Assembly (NCBI RefSeq): GCF_009914755.1
Contig: NC_060937.1
Length of the DNA: 64,000 nt
Reading direction: 5' to 3' (one strand)
DNA from: the human T2T-CHM13v2.0 reference genome, Homo sapiens
The notes under the pieces were generated by a model, which saw only the letters and a list, made by a program, of their open reading frames with translations, searched no databases and was not told where the DNA came from. This document shows, piece by piece, positions 27,527 to 42,537 of this stretch. Position numbers and translations under genes: made by a program. Every line of letters begins with the position of its first letter. Position 1 is the first letter of the stretch.

Positions 27527-29532
27527 GCCTCCTTTCCCCAAGCATTAACATCTGAGAATGTGATCAATACAGTTATTTATGACTGTATGAGGTCTCAATG
27601 GTCAGGTAACAGGCTGGGGGTGGGGAGAAGATGGAGATGATCATTTCAATCTTCGTAAGCATTAGAGATTCTTCTCCTTTTGTATCATGGTCGTTTGTTG
27701 GATCATTTGACTGGACAGTGGCTGTACAGCAGCATTCAATACTCTGGCTACACCCCTGAGCACTGCACCACAGACGGATACTAAAAAAAGGATTATGATT
27801 AGAGTCTGCACTCTACTTTTTAGCCAGGAGCCAAGAGTGCCAAAATTAAGCCATGAAAATTGATTCTATCCCATCCGAAGAGCTCACAAAAACAAATGTA
27901 GCGTTATTGTCAACATCGCCTAATTTTATGATTATTTTGCTTGCTTCTGTAATCTTTTTAGTAATGGTAAGGATATCAGAGAGGATCGAAAGGTTATAAG
28001 CACATCTTCCCCTAAGACAGACAAATGTTGTATTTAAAGTGACTCTTCTGAACTACCACCTATCTGGTTTCACAAACCTTTTGGACAAAGGGCTCTTTGG
28101 TTATCTTTGGGTTACCTAATTTACTTGCTATTCTCTAAGCTTTAGCATGTAGAAATCTTCCTCCTTTCTAGACCTTTTGTAGAGCTGGAAGTAAAGAAGG
28201 TTGATGTGAAAAGGAAGCAATTCAGAATCCTCTTAAGTGGTTGGGGAATCAGATTCTCAGATTGTTTCCAAGAGCAGGAACTGATGGGCCAAAATGGGCT
28301 CTGGGTGATATCAGGTACTGTCCTGAAGGGAGGCATCAGTTTACTAAGATAACGAATCCCTGATTAGTTTGCAAGGAGTAGCTAGTAGACTTCTGTGTCA
28401 TGAAGTTAACATTAATCTATTGAGGTAAAATACCCCTATTGGTGTTGTCAAAGAGCATTTATAACTTATCAAGGATGATCCAGTGCCAGGTAATCAAATT
28501 TGTAGCGCCAGTATCATTAGGTAGCTCTAAAGCACAAGAGCATGGGGTTTAATTTGTCTGTCTTTACTGTTAGGTCTATGAAACTGAGACCGCCTCCAAA
28601 TACACACCTTTTATTAATAAAAGGACCTCTTATTACTAAAAGGACCCAACATTAAGTCCTCTTCTAAGGACTGGAAGACTAGAGGTCCTTGTAGTAATAA
28701 AGGACTAACCTGTAGTATTAAAGGACTAACCAAGGACTAGGACCTCTAGTCCTCTTCTAAGATCCGTTAGTAATGTTTCATTGGAGATAAGAACCTCCTT
28801 TCCTCTGAATGACACAATAGATGGCCTATCATTAGGGTTGCCATTTAAAAAGTTACTAAACAGTTAAGTCATTTACCCAGGAAACAAATTGATTAGTTAC
28901 AAGGAACAATTACCAAGGAAAGCAGGGTGGCTCCCAAAGGAAAATGTTTATAAACCCAACAGTCACTCTGATTGTATGCTTTGGTCAAATCATGAATAAA
29001 TTTTAATCAGGCATTGGGCTCATACAAATGGAATGGAAAAGCCAATATTAAGAATAGGGGCCTTTAAAGTAATATAACTAAAAAGGTAACTAACCTTAAT
29101 AGCAAAAGAGGAAAGAAGATAGCTAGGAAGATAAAGAACAGAATAATACAGATTAAAGCATGACAGTCACTAACCTTGTTCTATGGATCTTGGTCAAGAT
29201 CTTTGATTGAAGCTCCCTCCTTCCAAAGACCTTCTACTTCTAGAAGGTTGCTGAGAATCGTCAACTTCAGATTTCTAAATGGGATAGTCTTCCAGTGATT
29301 CAAGGCTGACTTAGGCTTTTTTAAATTGAGAGACGTGAGTATAAGGAGTCTTACTGCCATACTGGTTATTAACAGTACCTGATAAGTTCCTTTCTCTCAA
29401 GTTCAAGGACTGTCTTTCTCTGTTTTCCAAAAGGCCATGTCTCCAGGTTTCAGATCATACAGGGGTCATTTAGGAGGATGTTAAGGAAACGCTACTTATA
29501 CCTGTTGGTAGTAATACTGGATATATTGCATG

Positions 29533-29934
29533 TGTCTTACTTAGTTTGGGCTGCTAAAACAAAATATCATAGAGTGGCTTATAAACAACACAAATTATTT
29601 CTCACACTTTTGAAAGCTGAAAGAGATCAAGGTGCCAGCATGATTGGGTTCTGGTGAGATTCTCCCTCAGGGTTATAGGGTGCTGTCCTCTCGCTATATC
29701 CTCACTTGGTGGAAAGAGGCGGGAGAGCTCTCTGGAGTCTCTTTTATAGGGGCAATATCCCATTGCCCCTATTAAAGCCTCCTCCACCCTCATGACTAAT
29801 TATTAAAACTGCGATTTTATATTGGTACCAATCTAATACTTCCCCGAAGCCCCATCTCCTCCTTGTGCCATCACATTGGAGTTTAGGATTTCAGCACATT
29901 AATTTTGCAGGGATACAAATATTTGGTCTGTAAC
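29533..29934 (-). mobile_element. MaLR solo LTR (MLT1A-like) nested in the ERV
   Basis: tgtcttacttagtttgggctgct...gatcaaggtgccagca...ccatcacattggagtttaggatttca...taaca. Confidence 0.85.
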
Positions 29935-31039
29935 ATTATGAGTTCTTGGCAAGCAGTGCATATATGGCCATGTCTGCCTACAGTAGTGTGGAGTCTATAA
30001 TCAGAGGTAATATTTCTAGGTATGTGGGCAAGCCTGTACTAAGTAATTATTGGGGAATGGTTGAGCCCCAGAAAAAATTGATCTCATTGTTATTAAAGCC
30101 AGTGGCAATATCTTAGGCCACAGAAGTTCAAGAGACTCTACCTTTGCTCATATTAGTCTCAGAATTCCCTTTGTTCTTTCTACCTTTCTTGAGGTGAGGT
30201 GGACAGTGAAACTTCCGAGTAAGTGGAAAGACTTTGCAAAGCTCTTTAATAACAGCTCTAGCAAAGTGGATGCCCCTCAAAGAAAGGTTGAAATTCCTCA
30301 GGTTGAACACACAAAATTCAGTTTTTTCCTAGTGTTTGAGCTGTAGATTTCCAACAAGGAAAGGCTTAAGTCTAATGCAAGAACAAGCAAATGATGACCA
30401 GGATATAGTCAAAACCCACAGCAGGGGATTAGTTGTGCGAAAACCATTTGTGGCACTCAGAGAGACCTTGAGGTCTCTACTCCTGTCTGTGTTCCACCTT
30501 TACTGTCAAAAATTATGCTGGTGAGAAAGGAGACATAGACCACGGCACCCTTGGCAATTTTAGTGACGCTTTTCCGGTAGTGTTAATAGACTTGACTGAC
30601 CAATTTGTCCTTACCAGGGTATACAGTTTTATGCAAAAAATTTCCGAGGTTCCATTCAGGATCTCTGATGCCACCAAGAAACCCTGTCCTAAGAGCACCA
30701 GTGGTTAACTGTGGTAATTTGCCCCTGGATTTCATCCAATATGCTTTTCTAATGCTAGAGCCAGTTGTTGGCATTCTCTTTGAACCTCTTAAAAGATTTG
30801 GCCTTTTGAACTACCATAAAGGCTAAGATCTTAGTAAAGGGTGCTTCTTGTCTGACATAATGATCAGTCAGGGCATATTCTTAATTGTTCATGTTATTTC
30901 TCTTTTTTTGTGGGCATGTCTTTAGAATTGTTACTTCCTTAGGAAGGATTAATGCTAAAGTCAGGAACCATCGTTATTTTCAAAGCATCCCCAAATCATG
31001 ACTACTCTTAAAACTGATCCATTCTCAGTTTTATATATA

Positions 31040-31308
31040 CAGTTACTTGTGAGTTAACCATGGAGATATAGCCTGAGAAATGCATTGTTAGGTGATTTTG
31101 TCATTGTGCAAACATTATAGAGTAGTGTACTTAAACCTAGATGGGATAGCCTACTACACACCTAGGCTATATTGTATAGCCTAGTGCTCCTAGGCTACAA
31201 ACCTGTACTGTGTACATGGTGCTGTCCTGAATCTTGTAGGCAGTTGTGATGCCACTGTCGTATATGTGGTTCTTTGTGACAGAAACATCAATATGCAGTA
31301 TGTGACTG
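31040..31308. mobile_element. Short Tigger3-family element
   Basis: ta-cagtt...tgactg-ta termini; cacacctaggctat core. Confidence 0.85.
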
Positions 31309-31591
31309 TATTATCCTTTCATCACTAGCTACACAGTTCACTGGCAAGCTCTGCTGAATGCAGTGATTTCAGTCATCTTGGCATATCTTGCCTCTAGCAT
31401 GGGGTTTCATTCCGGGTGTGAGTTGAGATCTGTTCCATCAAAGTCGGCCTCATATTTTCTTGTTTCATCTGAAGACATGACCCATCAACAACCAAGATTG
31501 AATCTGAATTTTCTAGAGGAGTTTCTGGTAAGTCTATTTAGGACATAGTTTACTGACAGTAGTTTCCTGCTTTTTAAGGAATAGAGGAGTA

Positions 31592-31760
31592 GCAAGGGTC
31601 AACAAACCCTTTTCTGTAAAGGGCCAGATAGTAAATGTTTTAGGCTTGCTGGGCCATGTATAGTCTCTGTTACTAATTTTTTAAAACAATTCTTTAAAAA
31701 TATAAAAACTATTCTTAGCTCATGGTCAGTGCAAAAATGAGCCATGGGCTGAACTTGGTT
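31592..31760. mobile_element. MER58-like hAT fragment
   Basis: ttttctgtaaagggccagatagtaaatgttttaggctt. Confidence 0.8.
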
Positions 31761-31939
31761 AAATTCTTTAATAATTATATAATTACAGAAAAATGGGGAC
31801 CTACTACCTTCAGTAGTCAATGAGATAAAGGAATCTTCATGATTTTCTTTGTTGCATACCTCAGAAAGGTTTGAACGGTGTGTAATCTGCCCAGAGTAAG
31901 AGGCATACCTCCTTAGGATAAATCATGCACTAGGTAACG

Positions 31940-32301
31940 CGGTAGTCCCTCTCTGTCCCCAGGAGAGATACCTTTCAAGACCCCCAGTGGATGCCTGAAA
32001 CCATGAACTTCATATAAACTATTAATATATTTTTTTAATCTGATAACCAAGACAGCTACTAAGTGACTAATGGGTGAGTAGAGTATGCAGCGTGGGTGGG
32101 CTGGACGAAGGGATGAGTCACATTCTGGTGAGGGATGGAGGTGGGGGGCATGAGATTTTATGCTAACTCAGAATGGCACACCATTTAAAACTTATGAATT
32201 GTTTATTTCTAGAAGTTTCCATTTAATATTTTCAGACTGAGGTTGACCATAGGTAACTGATACTGCGGAAAGCCAACCATGGATTGGGCGGGGGATTACT
32301 G
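31940..32301. mobile_element. MER44A-like (Tigger7 family) element
   Basis: caagacccccagtggatgcctgaaacc...ctactaagtgactaatggg...gaattgtttatttct...ggggattactg. Confidence 0.85.
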
Positions 32302-34632
32302 TATACTTGAATAAGACTATAATTTCTCTTTGCCTATGTCCTGTCTGAGTTAAAGTAGAAAAATGTAATCAGTCTTGGAACTTACTTATTTTTCAGACCA
32401 ACAAAAGGTCGTCCAGATATTAGATTAGAGTAGAAACAGGGAAATTTAAGATCCTTGAGGTACTAGTTGAGGACTTGTTGAAAAATTGGAGAGTGTCTCA
32501 GTAAACTCTAGGGCATAACTGTCCAGATATATTATTGATTTTTCCAAAGCAAACAGGTATTGATTATCCCGCTCTAAAAAGACATTAAATTAAGACACAG
32601 GTTTGTAAGTGTGAAATATGTAGCTTCAAGAAATGGTAAAGATAAAATAATATTTGAGTTTGGTACTGTAGGAAAGTGGGGGTGAGGAGAGAGATGAATA
32701 GTCTATTTATAGCCCTGGGATCCTGAACAAAGCTGTATCCTTTCCATTGTGGTGATTTTGTTTTTTGTTTTTGATCAGGAAGACAGGAGTATTGCAAAGA
32801 TAAATATGAGGTAATGAGTCCTTTCTGTATTAGGTCTTCAACTGTTGGTTTTAGTCCTTTTCACTTCTGCAGCTAGAGAGTATTGTTCAAATTTGGGTAG
32901 ATGTTTGCTTCGGGTTAGTCAATCTGAGCCTTGAATGGGGTTCAGCTTCAATAAATCTGCCATTATCAGTAGACTTTTTTTTTTTTTTTTTTTTTGCCTA
33001 CAGAAAGTCAAACTTCCTAGAGATGTTCAATGTGGGCTTGATGTAAATTAAGAAACACCAGTAATCAATGTCCAAATTAGCTATGGCCTCATTGTTGAAT
33101 AGAGGAGAACTTGGGGATTTCAAGGAAAGGGCCATTAGGCAAAATTTAATGTGGTAATTAATTTCTTTTGTACAATAATTAATTCCTCCCTGTTAAATTA
33201 CCTGGTATGGTATCACAGGAAGAAAGAATGTTCCTCTGTTAGAGGCCTAAGGGTGAGACTTAAGAGTGGTATGTGGGGGATGTCTGAGCATTATGAGAGA
33301 TGCCATCATCTGAGTAGTTTGTTGGCTCCATTGGAGAGGTTCTGTAACATTGGTAGAGTTTAAAGTTGACGTTAGAGCATTAGTATCAATGTAGATTCTG
33401 CAAGGTTGTCCTTTAATATTTAAAGAAATTTCTCCCTGTGAGTTTAAGGATAGGATGGGACATTCCCCGTAATGTCACCTTTGATTACCTTCTTATCTAA
33501 CAGTAGAACTAATTTTATTCCAATTCCCTTCCTTGATGATGGTATTTAAGAGCGTCTTCATCAAGAGACTCCTTGCTCTGGAAATTAATGACTGGAATGT
33601 GGGCACCTAGTTTTTAAAATGTGTAACGCCATCATTGTATTCTGAGTCTTATCCTGCTTTTGTTCAGTGAGAAGTTGGTAGTCAGTCTGTGGGGCTATTT
33701 CCCACTCTGGTTTTTGCTTGCATATTACATTCTCTATTTCTGACTTAAAATGGTTCACAGAAAGTGAGGCAAGAGTGCGGACCCATCTGTGTCAGAATCT
33801 CCTGAATGCTGTCTGCAGGTGTTAATGAGCCTGGCCAACACAGCAAGCAAGATCCCAGCTCTAAAAAACACAAAACAATAAACCTGATAAACTTCTGGAT
33901 TAATCAAGGACTATGCTATTTAAAGTACCCATAAAACACCCCAATAGAATTCTGCAATGGATGCCTTCTTTATTTGCTTATGAACTGAATTAAAGACTTC
34001 AGTCGATTTCCAAAAGAGAAATTGTGAATTCTTCCAAAACTTATAACATCTATAGTATTTCTAAAACTCGTTGGTTTCTTATACAATTCAAGGTTTCACC
34101 CAAAGGGTCTTCCCAATTTTTTTGCATTTGAGTTTCCTATATATGAACCAATTGATATGGATCTGGGAGCCTGGGATTATATGTTTCTAAAAGTGTTCGC
34201 AATTCATTTGGAAGGGTCTTTTCATGGGACAGATAGGGCAGCTAAGGAAATTGGGACCCAGAGGACTAAGTTTCTGTTCTTGGTATTTTACAGTCACTCT
34301 AACCCTTTCCTGTAGCTGCTTTTTTGCAGCTTTGTCTTTCATCATGTGTGATTGTCTTATCTTTGTCTTTTAGAAAGGTCCCTCTGGCTCGAATGGAGAG
34401 TAGATTAGATGGACAAGTCTGGAGACAAGAAATAAGATAGATCATTGTTATAGTTTAGGGGAGAGATATTGATGGGGGAGAGTATCCCCAAGAGACATCC
34501 CTAATCCAGGTTACAAGTTTGAAGTCCATCTGCACATATTGTAACTGTTAACTTAAAATTCTATTGGGGTGTTTTATGGGTACTTTAAATTGCATAGTCC
34601 TTGATTAATCCAGAAGTTTATCAGATTTATAG

Positions 34633-34754
34633 TTTTGTTTTGTTTAGAGCTGGGATCTTGCTTACTATGTTGCCCAGGCTGGCTTTGAACTCCTGGGCTC
34701 AAGCGATCCTCTTGAGTAGCTAGAATTACTGGCATGAGCCACTGTGCCTGTCTG
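34633..34754 (-). mobile_element. Alu monomer (FLAM-like)
   Basis: atgttgcccaggctggctttgaactcctgggctcaagcgatcc. Confidence 0.85.
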
Positions 34755-35070
34755 GTTTGTTGGATTTTTAATGAGTCAGTGTTTGGAATTGTTGGTCCTT
34801 TTTATTTTATATTTCTTTTCTATTTTATGTATGCAGGCATATTGTGTTTCCTTTCTGTTTTATGTATGCATGTATATCTTTGGCTGTTATATTTTTTTCT
34901 TTTTTATCTCCTTTTAGTTTAATTTTTTTCTCTTTACTAACTATAGCTTTAGTTGCTTTCCATACATTTTTATTTGCAGTAATTTCATTATCATTTTTTC
35001 CACATTTTTTTCTAATTTCCATTCTGATATCTTTTATTATTGGTACTTGGATTATCTATAAATATATTTC

Positions 35071-35323
<253 letters not shown>

Positions 35324-35743
35324 TAGAAATACATTTCTTAATTTCCCTTCTTAATTACTGATTTTTAACTTAATTTCACTTTTGCCAGCCAGAGAACATA
35401 CATGAACATTTATGATCTTACATAGAAAACATTTATGATTTCAGTTCCATGAAATTTGTTAAAACTTCCTTTTATGATCCAGGATATGGCCAATTTTTAT
35501 AAATGTTTTGTGTGTTTAAAAATCATGTGTACTCTGCAGTTACTGAGTAATTTTTTATAGGTATCAGGGCAAATTTAGTTAAAATGTTATCATCATAAAC
35601 TTCACAATTCAGTAATGCCTTTTGCCTTAAATATTACTTTGTCTGTTATTGACCCAGCTACACTCGATTTCTGTTGGTTTGATGTTTGCCATGGTGTACT
35701 ATTTCCCCTCCTTTTACTTTAACTCTTTTGAAATCCTTTTATT

Positions 35744-36048
35744 GGCCAGGCTCGGTGGCTCACACTTGGAATCCCAGCACTTCAGGGAGGCCGAGGCGGG
35801 TGGATCATGAGTTTGGGAGTTCAAGACCAGCCTGGCCACGATGGTGAAACCCCATCTCTACTAAAAATACAAAAAATTAGCCAGGTGTGGTGGTAGGCGC
35901 CTGTAATTCCAGCTACTCGGGAGGCTGAGGCAGTGAATTGCTTGAACCCAGGAGGCAGAGGTTGCAGTGAGCCGAGATTGCGCCGCTACACTCCAGCCTG
36001 AGCAACAGAGCCAGACTCTGTCTCAAAAAAAAAAAGAAAAAAAAGAAA
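35744..36048 (+). mobile_element. Alu SINE
   Basis: Full dimer; gaaatcctttttatt TSD. Confidence 0.96.
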
Positions 36049-36388
36049 TCCTTTTATTTTCATCTCTTTTATGCAATATGTAAGTTCAATTTTAAAAATC
36101 AAGCCTAACAAACATTATATTTATTTTACCTAGTATTTCATTTAAATCTTTCATGCTTTCTATTTATCTCTCCAGTTTTATGTTTTGTCTTCTACTTTTT
36201 ATATTATTGTGTATTATTCTATCTTCCTCCTCCTATTAACTTGGATGCTTTATATTCTTGCTACTCCTTTAGTGGTTTTTCTAGAGATTAAAACATGCAT
36301 TTTTTTTAAACTTACCTGTGACTAATACCCTTTTTCCAAACTTCAACTCCATTTACTCCCCCAGCCCTGACTTGATATGACAATTATG

Positions 36389-36729
<341 letters not shown>

Positions 36730-38383
36730 GACGATTATATTTTAATTCTGTATGCCTGTAGCTTACAAGATATTATCATTGTTGTATACAGTCAGTTTTC
36801 ATTTAGAATTACTTTCACTTTTACAGTTTATTTCTTCCTGCATTATCATGCTTCCTTTTTGGAATTATTTTTTCTGACTGAAGAACACCCTTTAGTGTTT
36901 TGTTTAGTGTGGTACTGTCAACAAATTCTATTTTAGTTTGTCTGAAAATGTCTTTATTTCACCTTTAATCTTGAAGGATATTTCTCTTGGTATAGAATTC
37001 TAGGTTAGCAATTGTTTTCTTTCAGAATTTTAAAGATATTCTTATCCTTCTGATTTCTGTTGTTTTTATTAATAAATCAACTGTCAATCAGTTGAAACTG
37101 TTTCTTTTCAGGTGATGTACTTTTTCTCCGGGCTGCTTTTAACATTTTCTCTTTGTTTTTTAAAATAATTTTTCTAAGAAGTACTTAAGTGTGGTTTTCT
37201 TATGCTGCTGTCATTCATAATGCTTCTGAATCTGTAATTCGACGTCATTAGTTTTAGAAAATTCTTAGTCACTGTCTCTTTAAATATTGCTTATACCCCC
37301 TTTCTCTTTCTTGTCCCTCTCTCTTTTTGGGATTCAAAATGTATATTCGCCCTTCTTATTTGTATTGTTTATTGTTTCTTATCCTCTGCTTCATGGTTTT
37401 CATCATTTTGTCATTCCAATATTTTTAATATTTTCCTCTAGTATCTCTTCCAGTTGATTAATCATTTCTTCTGCTGTACAGCATTTGCTTTTAAACCTGT
37501 CAGTTGTGTTATTAAATACAGTTGCTATATTTTACAGTTTTAGAATTTTTTTTCTCCTCAAAAATCTGTGTTCTATCTTGAGGTACTCTGTTGGAATTCT
37601 CAGTCTCTATCACATTGAATATTGTGCAATAAATATATAATATGCAATAAAGACAGCTCCTCTATTTGGAGCCCTTACGAGTCTCTTTATTGCTTGTGGG
37701 TTTTGCTAGTTGTCTTCTCTCTTCATGTGCCTGGTTATTTTTTTTTATACTGTATTTGGAATTTTTCTTGAAAAATAACTTGATACTTAGGAGATAGTAT
37801 CTTCTAGCAATAAGCACATTTATTTGGTGCCTGAAAGAGTTAGCAGTCTAGGACTACATTAGTCTATTTTCAGTCTTTGATATTTGAAGCTGAACTGCAG
37901 TCCCTACCAGAGTCAGTATACTTCTTGTTCATATTACTGTTAGAGGACTGCTCTTCAGGGTCTCAACCAAAAGTCCATGGGCATTTCCTTGCATCCTTTC
38001 CTGTATCTTCCCTGGCATTAGTGGTTTCTGGACTGTAAATTTTTATCTCCTGAGCCCTACAAGGCTATCAGAAGCATCATTGAGCTTCTTAATAGTCTCT
38101 TTTGTGGGAATGAACATATTTCTTTGACTATCATTAAATTCTGAGTTAGCTTGTTATTTACTTCTTGTAGCATATAGATTAATTTTATTTAATTACAGTT
38201 TTGCTTATAGTCTAATGCTAGTGATATTCTACTTTTTCATTTATTTAAAATAATATGAATCCTTTTTCTTTCTTTTTAAAAGAAATGTTTTGTAAAAGGC
38301 AATGAAAAGAGAATCTGTTCAGATTGAAGCAAGGCCAAGGCCTTGATTCTTCCCTACTTCCCTCCCTTTGCCCCTTATTGCTC

Positions 38384-38688
38384 TTTTTTTTTTTTTTTTT
38401 TTTCCTTGAGATGGAGTCTCATTCTGTCGCCCAGGCTGGAGTGCAGTGGCATTATCTCAGCTTACTGTAGCCTCCGCCTCCTGGGTTCAAGCGATTCTCC
38501 TGCCTCAGCTTCCTGAGTAGCTGGGACTACAGGCACCCACCACCACACCTGGCTAATTTTTGTATTTTTAGTAGAGACAGGGTTTCACCATGTTGGCCAG
38601 GCTGGTCTTGAACTTCTGACCTCAAGTGATCTGCCTGCCTCGGCCTCCCAAAGTGCTGGGATTACAGGCTGAGCCACAATGCCCAGCC
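38384..38688 (-). mobile_element. Alu SINE (AluS-like)
   Basis: Antisense dimer; cccttatt on both sides. Confidence 0.96.
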
Positions 38689-38891
38689 TCCCTTATTATT
38701 CTTGAGTGATCTTACTGAAATTTTAGGACTCTATGAAAGTTTTGAAAAGTTGTCTTAGGAGAGAAACTCATATTAAAAGCTTTTAAACATTTGGGGCATA
38801 TACAAAGACATACTAAGAACATAATGAGCACCTTTATCCTCTACTTGAAGAATAAAACATTAGAAAAGTTATAGCTCCTTAAATACATTTC

Positions 38892-39420
38892 TGTGGTACA
38901 GGAGATAAGACACCCCACCACCCCCAACCATGTTCTAATCCCTGAAGTTTTTGAATGTGGCAAGGGGATATTAAAGTTCCAGATGGAATTATGGTTTCTA
39001 ATCAGCTGATTTCAGAAGAGGAAGATTATTCTGGATTATGTAGATTGGCTCTACATAATCACCAGGGTGCCTAAAAGTAGAAGAGGGAGATAGAAAAGTC
39101 AGAGAAGGAGGTATGACAACAGAAGCAAGGTCAGTGTGATATTATGTGAGAACTTGACCCACTGTTTCTTGCTTTGAAGATGGAGGAAGAGGTTCATGAG
39201 CAAAAGAAGTGTGGTGGCCACCTTTAAAGTTGGAAAAGACAGGACAATTGATTATCCCCTAGGGACTCCAGAGAAGAATGCAGTCCTGCTGGTACCATGA
39301 TTTTAGCTCAGTGAGACCTATGCTGCACTTCCTACCCATAAATCTGTAAGAATATAAATCTGTGTTTCTTTAAGACAAGTTTGTGGTCATTTGTTATAGC
39401 AGCAGTAGAAAACTAATACA
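38892..39420 (+). mobile_element. MaLR solo LTR (MLT1D/E-like)
   Basis: tgtggt...gctaatcagctgat-like core, ggctttgaagatggagg-like motif, ends gcagcagtagaaaactaataca. Confidence 0.85.
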
Positions 39421-39877
39421 CCTTCCCTGATCAGTGTAGACCTCTCACCCTAGAAATAACCAACATGCTTGTGTTATATTTTGTATGAATGCCTTTATAC
39501 TTCTATACCATGTATAGATGTATGTATCCCTAAAAGACATGCATTGCTGTGCATGTTTAAACTTCATAAGAACGGTACCTAATAATGCTTATTCTGCAAC
39601 TTAAAAAAAAGTGTTAGCACTTGCTAACTAACAGCATTGTTTTTTGTTAAATACATGTTGATACATGTAGCTGTACCTTACTCATTTTATTGCTATCAAT
39701 TCCATTGTAACTTGTAAGCTTATTTTCCTTTTGATGGATGTTTGGATTGTTTGATAAGCAGATACACAGTTGTTGTTGTTTTTAAAGAAACCAGTATTTT
39801 AAAATTAGATTTCCCATTAAAATCTTTATTTCTGGCTTATCCTTAAACAGTTGGTACATTCGTAAACAATTTTCTAG

Positions 39878-40075
39878 AATTGTGCTGTGCAGTGCAGTAG
39901 CCACTAACTACATGTGTCTGTTTAAATAAAATGAAATAAGATGTAAAGTTCAGTCCCTCAGTCACACGAGCCTTATATCCGGTGCTTCATACTGCCATGA
40001 GGCTGGTGACTACTGTATTGGACAGAGCAGGCATAGGACATTTCCATCTCTCAGAATGCAGTGTTGGACAGTACC
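39878..40075. mobile_element. MER3-like hAT element
   Basis: gtagccactaactacatgtg...ttcagtccctcagtcacac...actgtattggacag. Confidence 0.8.
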
Positions 40076-40159
40076 AACCATAGTTGGAGGTATAGGTAGA
40101 CACCAAAGTCCTCTTACCACATGTGCATCTTTGACCCTTTCTCTAATAGAGGGAACTCT

Positions 40160-40340
40160 GGACAGGTTTAAATCCCAGCTAGCTCTGTGACCTTGGCCAA
40201 ATACCAGACCCCTCTTTACATCAGTTTTCTCATCTGCAAAATGGGCCACTTGGCTGTTACCAGCATTACATATGTTAATAGATAAGATATGCCTTCAGAA
40301 GTAACTGGCATATTATAAATGTACATAAGTTTTGGTCCCT
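40160..40340. mobile_element. MIR
   Basis: ctgtgaccttggcc...tcagttttctcatctgcaaaatggg. Confidence 0.75.
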
Positions 40341-40634
40341 GTTAGTATTACATAAATTACCTTCCTGATCTTGGTAGATATTTGAGTTTGCTATTCTACC
40401 TCTAGTAACAAGTTTAACAACTGAAGTTTTTCTGGGCACTGAATCTTCTTCAAGTTACCACGCTTTCACCTTTTCTTACAGGCGTATCTTTTAGAAGAGT
40501 TGTTTGTTCATACTGCTTCTAGTTCCTCACTTTCCATTTCCTCTTCAGCCCACTCCAATTTGGCTTCTGCCTCCCTCATTCCACTTAACTGTACTTGCTA
40601 ATGTCACTGTAAACCCATTGAACACTTACAGAGA

Positions 40635-41198
<564 letters not shown>

Positions 41199-41534
41199 AT
41201 CATTTTATATTTTACCAATTTTCTCCTGAAATATTTTCTTCTTTTAGCTTTTGAATTATTATACTTTAGTGATTTTCATTTCATATGTATGGCTTTTTCT
41301 TCTCATTCTTCTATGAGAATTCCTTCTTCTACCACAAAGTTCCTCATAGCTGGATCACAATATGCCTGGATTCCAGACCCTCTTTTTCTCTCCCTACATT
41401 CTCTCCCTAGGTGTTTTCCCCCAATTCTAGGCTCGAGATACCCTTAATGTGCTGAGTACTGTCACATTTACATCCCAGCCCAGATATCTGTTCTGTGTTC
41501 AAGACCATAATGTAAAATTTACCATCTTACCATC

Positions 41535-41828
<294 letters not shown>

Positions 41829-42085
41829 TAATATATAGCTTAGAGGTATTAAGTACATTCACATCATTGTGCAGCTATCACCACAATCTATCTCCAGCTT
41901 TCTTCATCCTGCAAAACTGAAACTATCTACCCAGTAACTACTAACTCACCTTTCTCTTCTCTCCTTGGCCTCTGGCCACCACCATCTGCTCTCTGTGTGT
42001 GCATTTGACTACTCTAAGTACCTCATGTGAATGAAATTGTACAGTGTTGGTGAGCCGTTAAGTTTTTAACTTGTTCCCTCTATGT

Positions 42086-42537
42086 CTGTGGTCCCCAACC
42101 ATTTTGGCACCAGGGACTGGTTTTGTGGAAAACAATTTTTCCATGGACCAATGGGGGCGAGGGGTGGTTTTGGATGATTCTAGTGCATTACATTTATTGT
42201 GGACTTAGCCCTGAGCTTGTTTTCCTGCAACTAGATGGTTCCATCTGGGAGTGATGGGGGACGGTGACAGATCATTAGGCATTAGAGTTTTCATAAGGAG
42301 TGTGCAACCTAGATCCCTCGCATACAGTTCACAATAGGGTCCGTTCTCCTATGAGAATCTAATGTCGCTACTGATATGACAGGAGGCAGAGCTTAGGTGG
42401 TAACATGAGCTATAGGGAGTGGCTATAAATACAGATGAAGCCTCTCTTGCCTGCTGCTCACCTCGTGCTTTGCAGCCCAGTTCCTAACAGGCCATGGACC
42501 CTTATTGGTCTGAGGCCCTGGGGGTTGTGGACCTCTG
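42086..42537. mobile_element. MER1A-like (hAT-Charlie) DNA transposon
   Basis: Termini ctgtggtccccaacc...ggttgtggacctctg; 8-bp TSD ctctatgt/ctctacat. Confidence 0.9.

Larger units (their letters stand above)
27527..34300 (-). mobile_element. Decayed ERV1 (gammaretrovirus-like) internal region: gag-pol-env remnants, 5' LTR missing
   Basis: Minus-strand translations: gag ELRTLLETYNPRLPDPYQLVH (34141-34205); RT CNTPVFLIK, GYSFVQDPRAIN, YIWTVMP (about 32490-32800); integrase RGIHFARAVIKELCKVFPLTRKFHCP (30128-30310); env TM FSWLNFGTLGSWLKSRVQTLIIILFLVSVCGAVL (about 27720-27860); stops and frameshifts throughout. Confidence 0.88.

Noticed and set aside
28607-28761. CRISPR-like repeat-spacer array
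   Set aside because: Repeats are irregular and partly inverted, with no unique spacers; eukaryotic context
27660-29100. Domesticated syncytin-like env gene
   Set aside because: Only about 65 open codons around the TM segment, with an in-frame TAG immediately upstream and no long ORF
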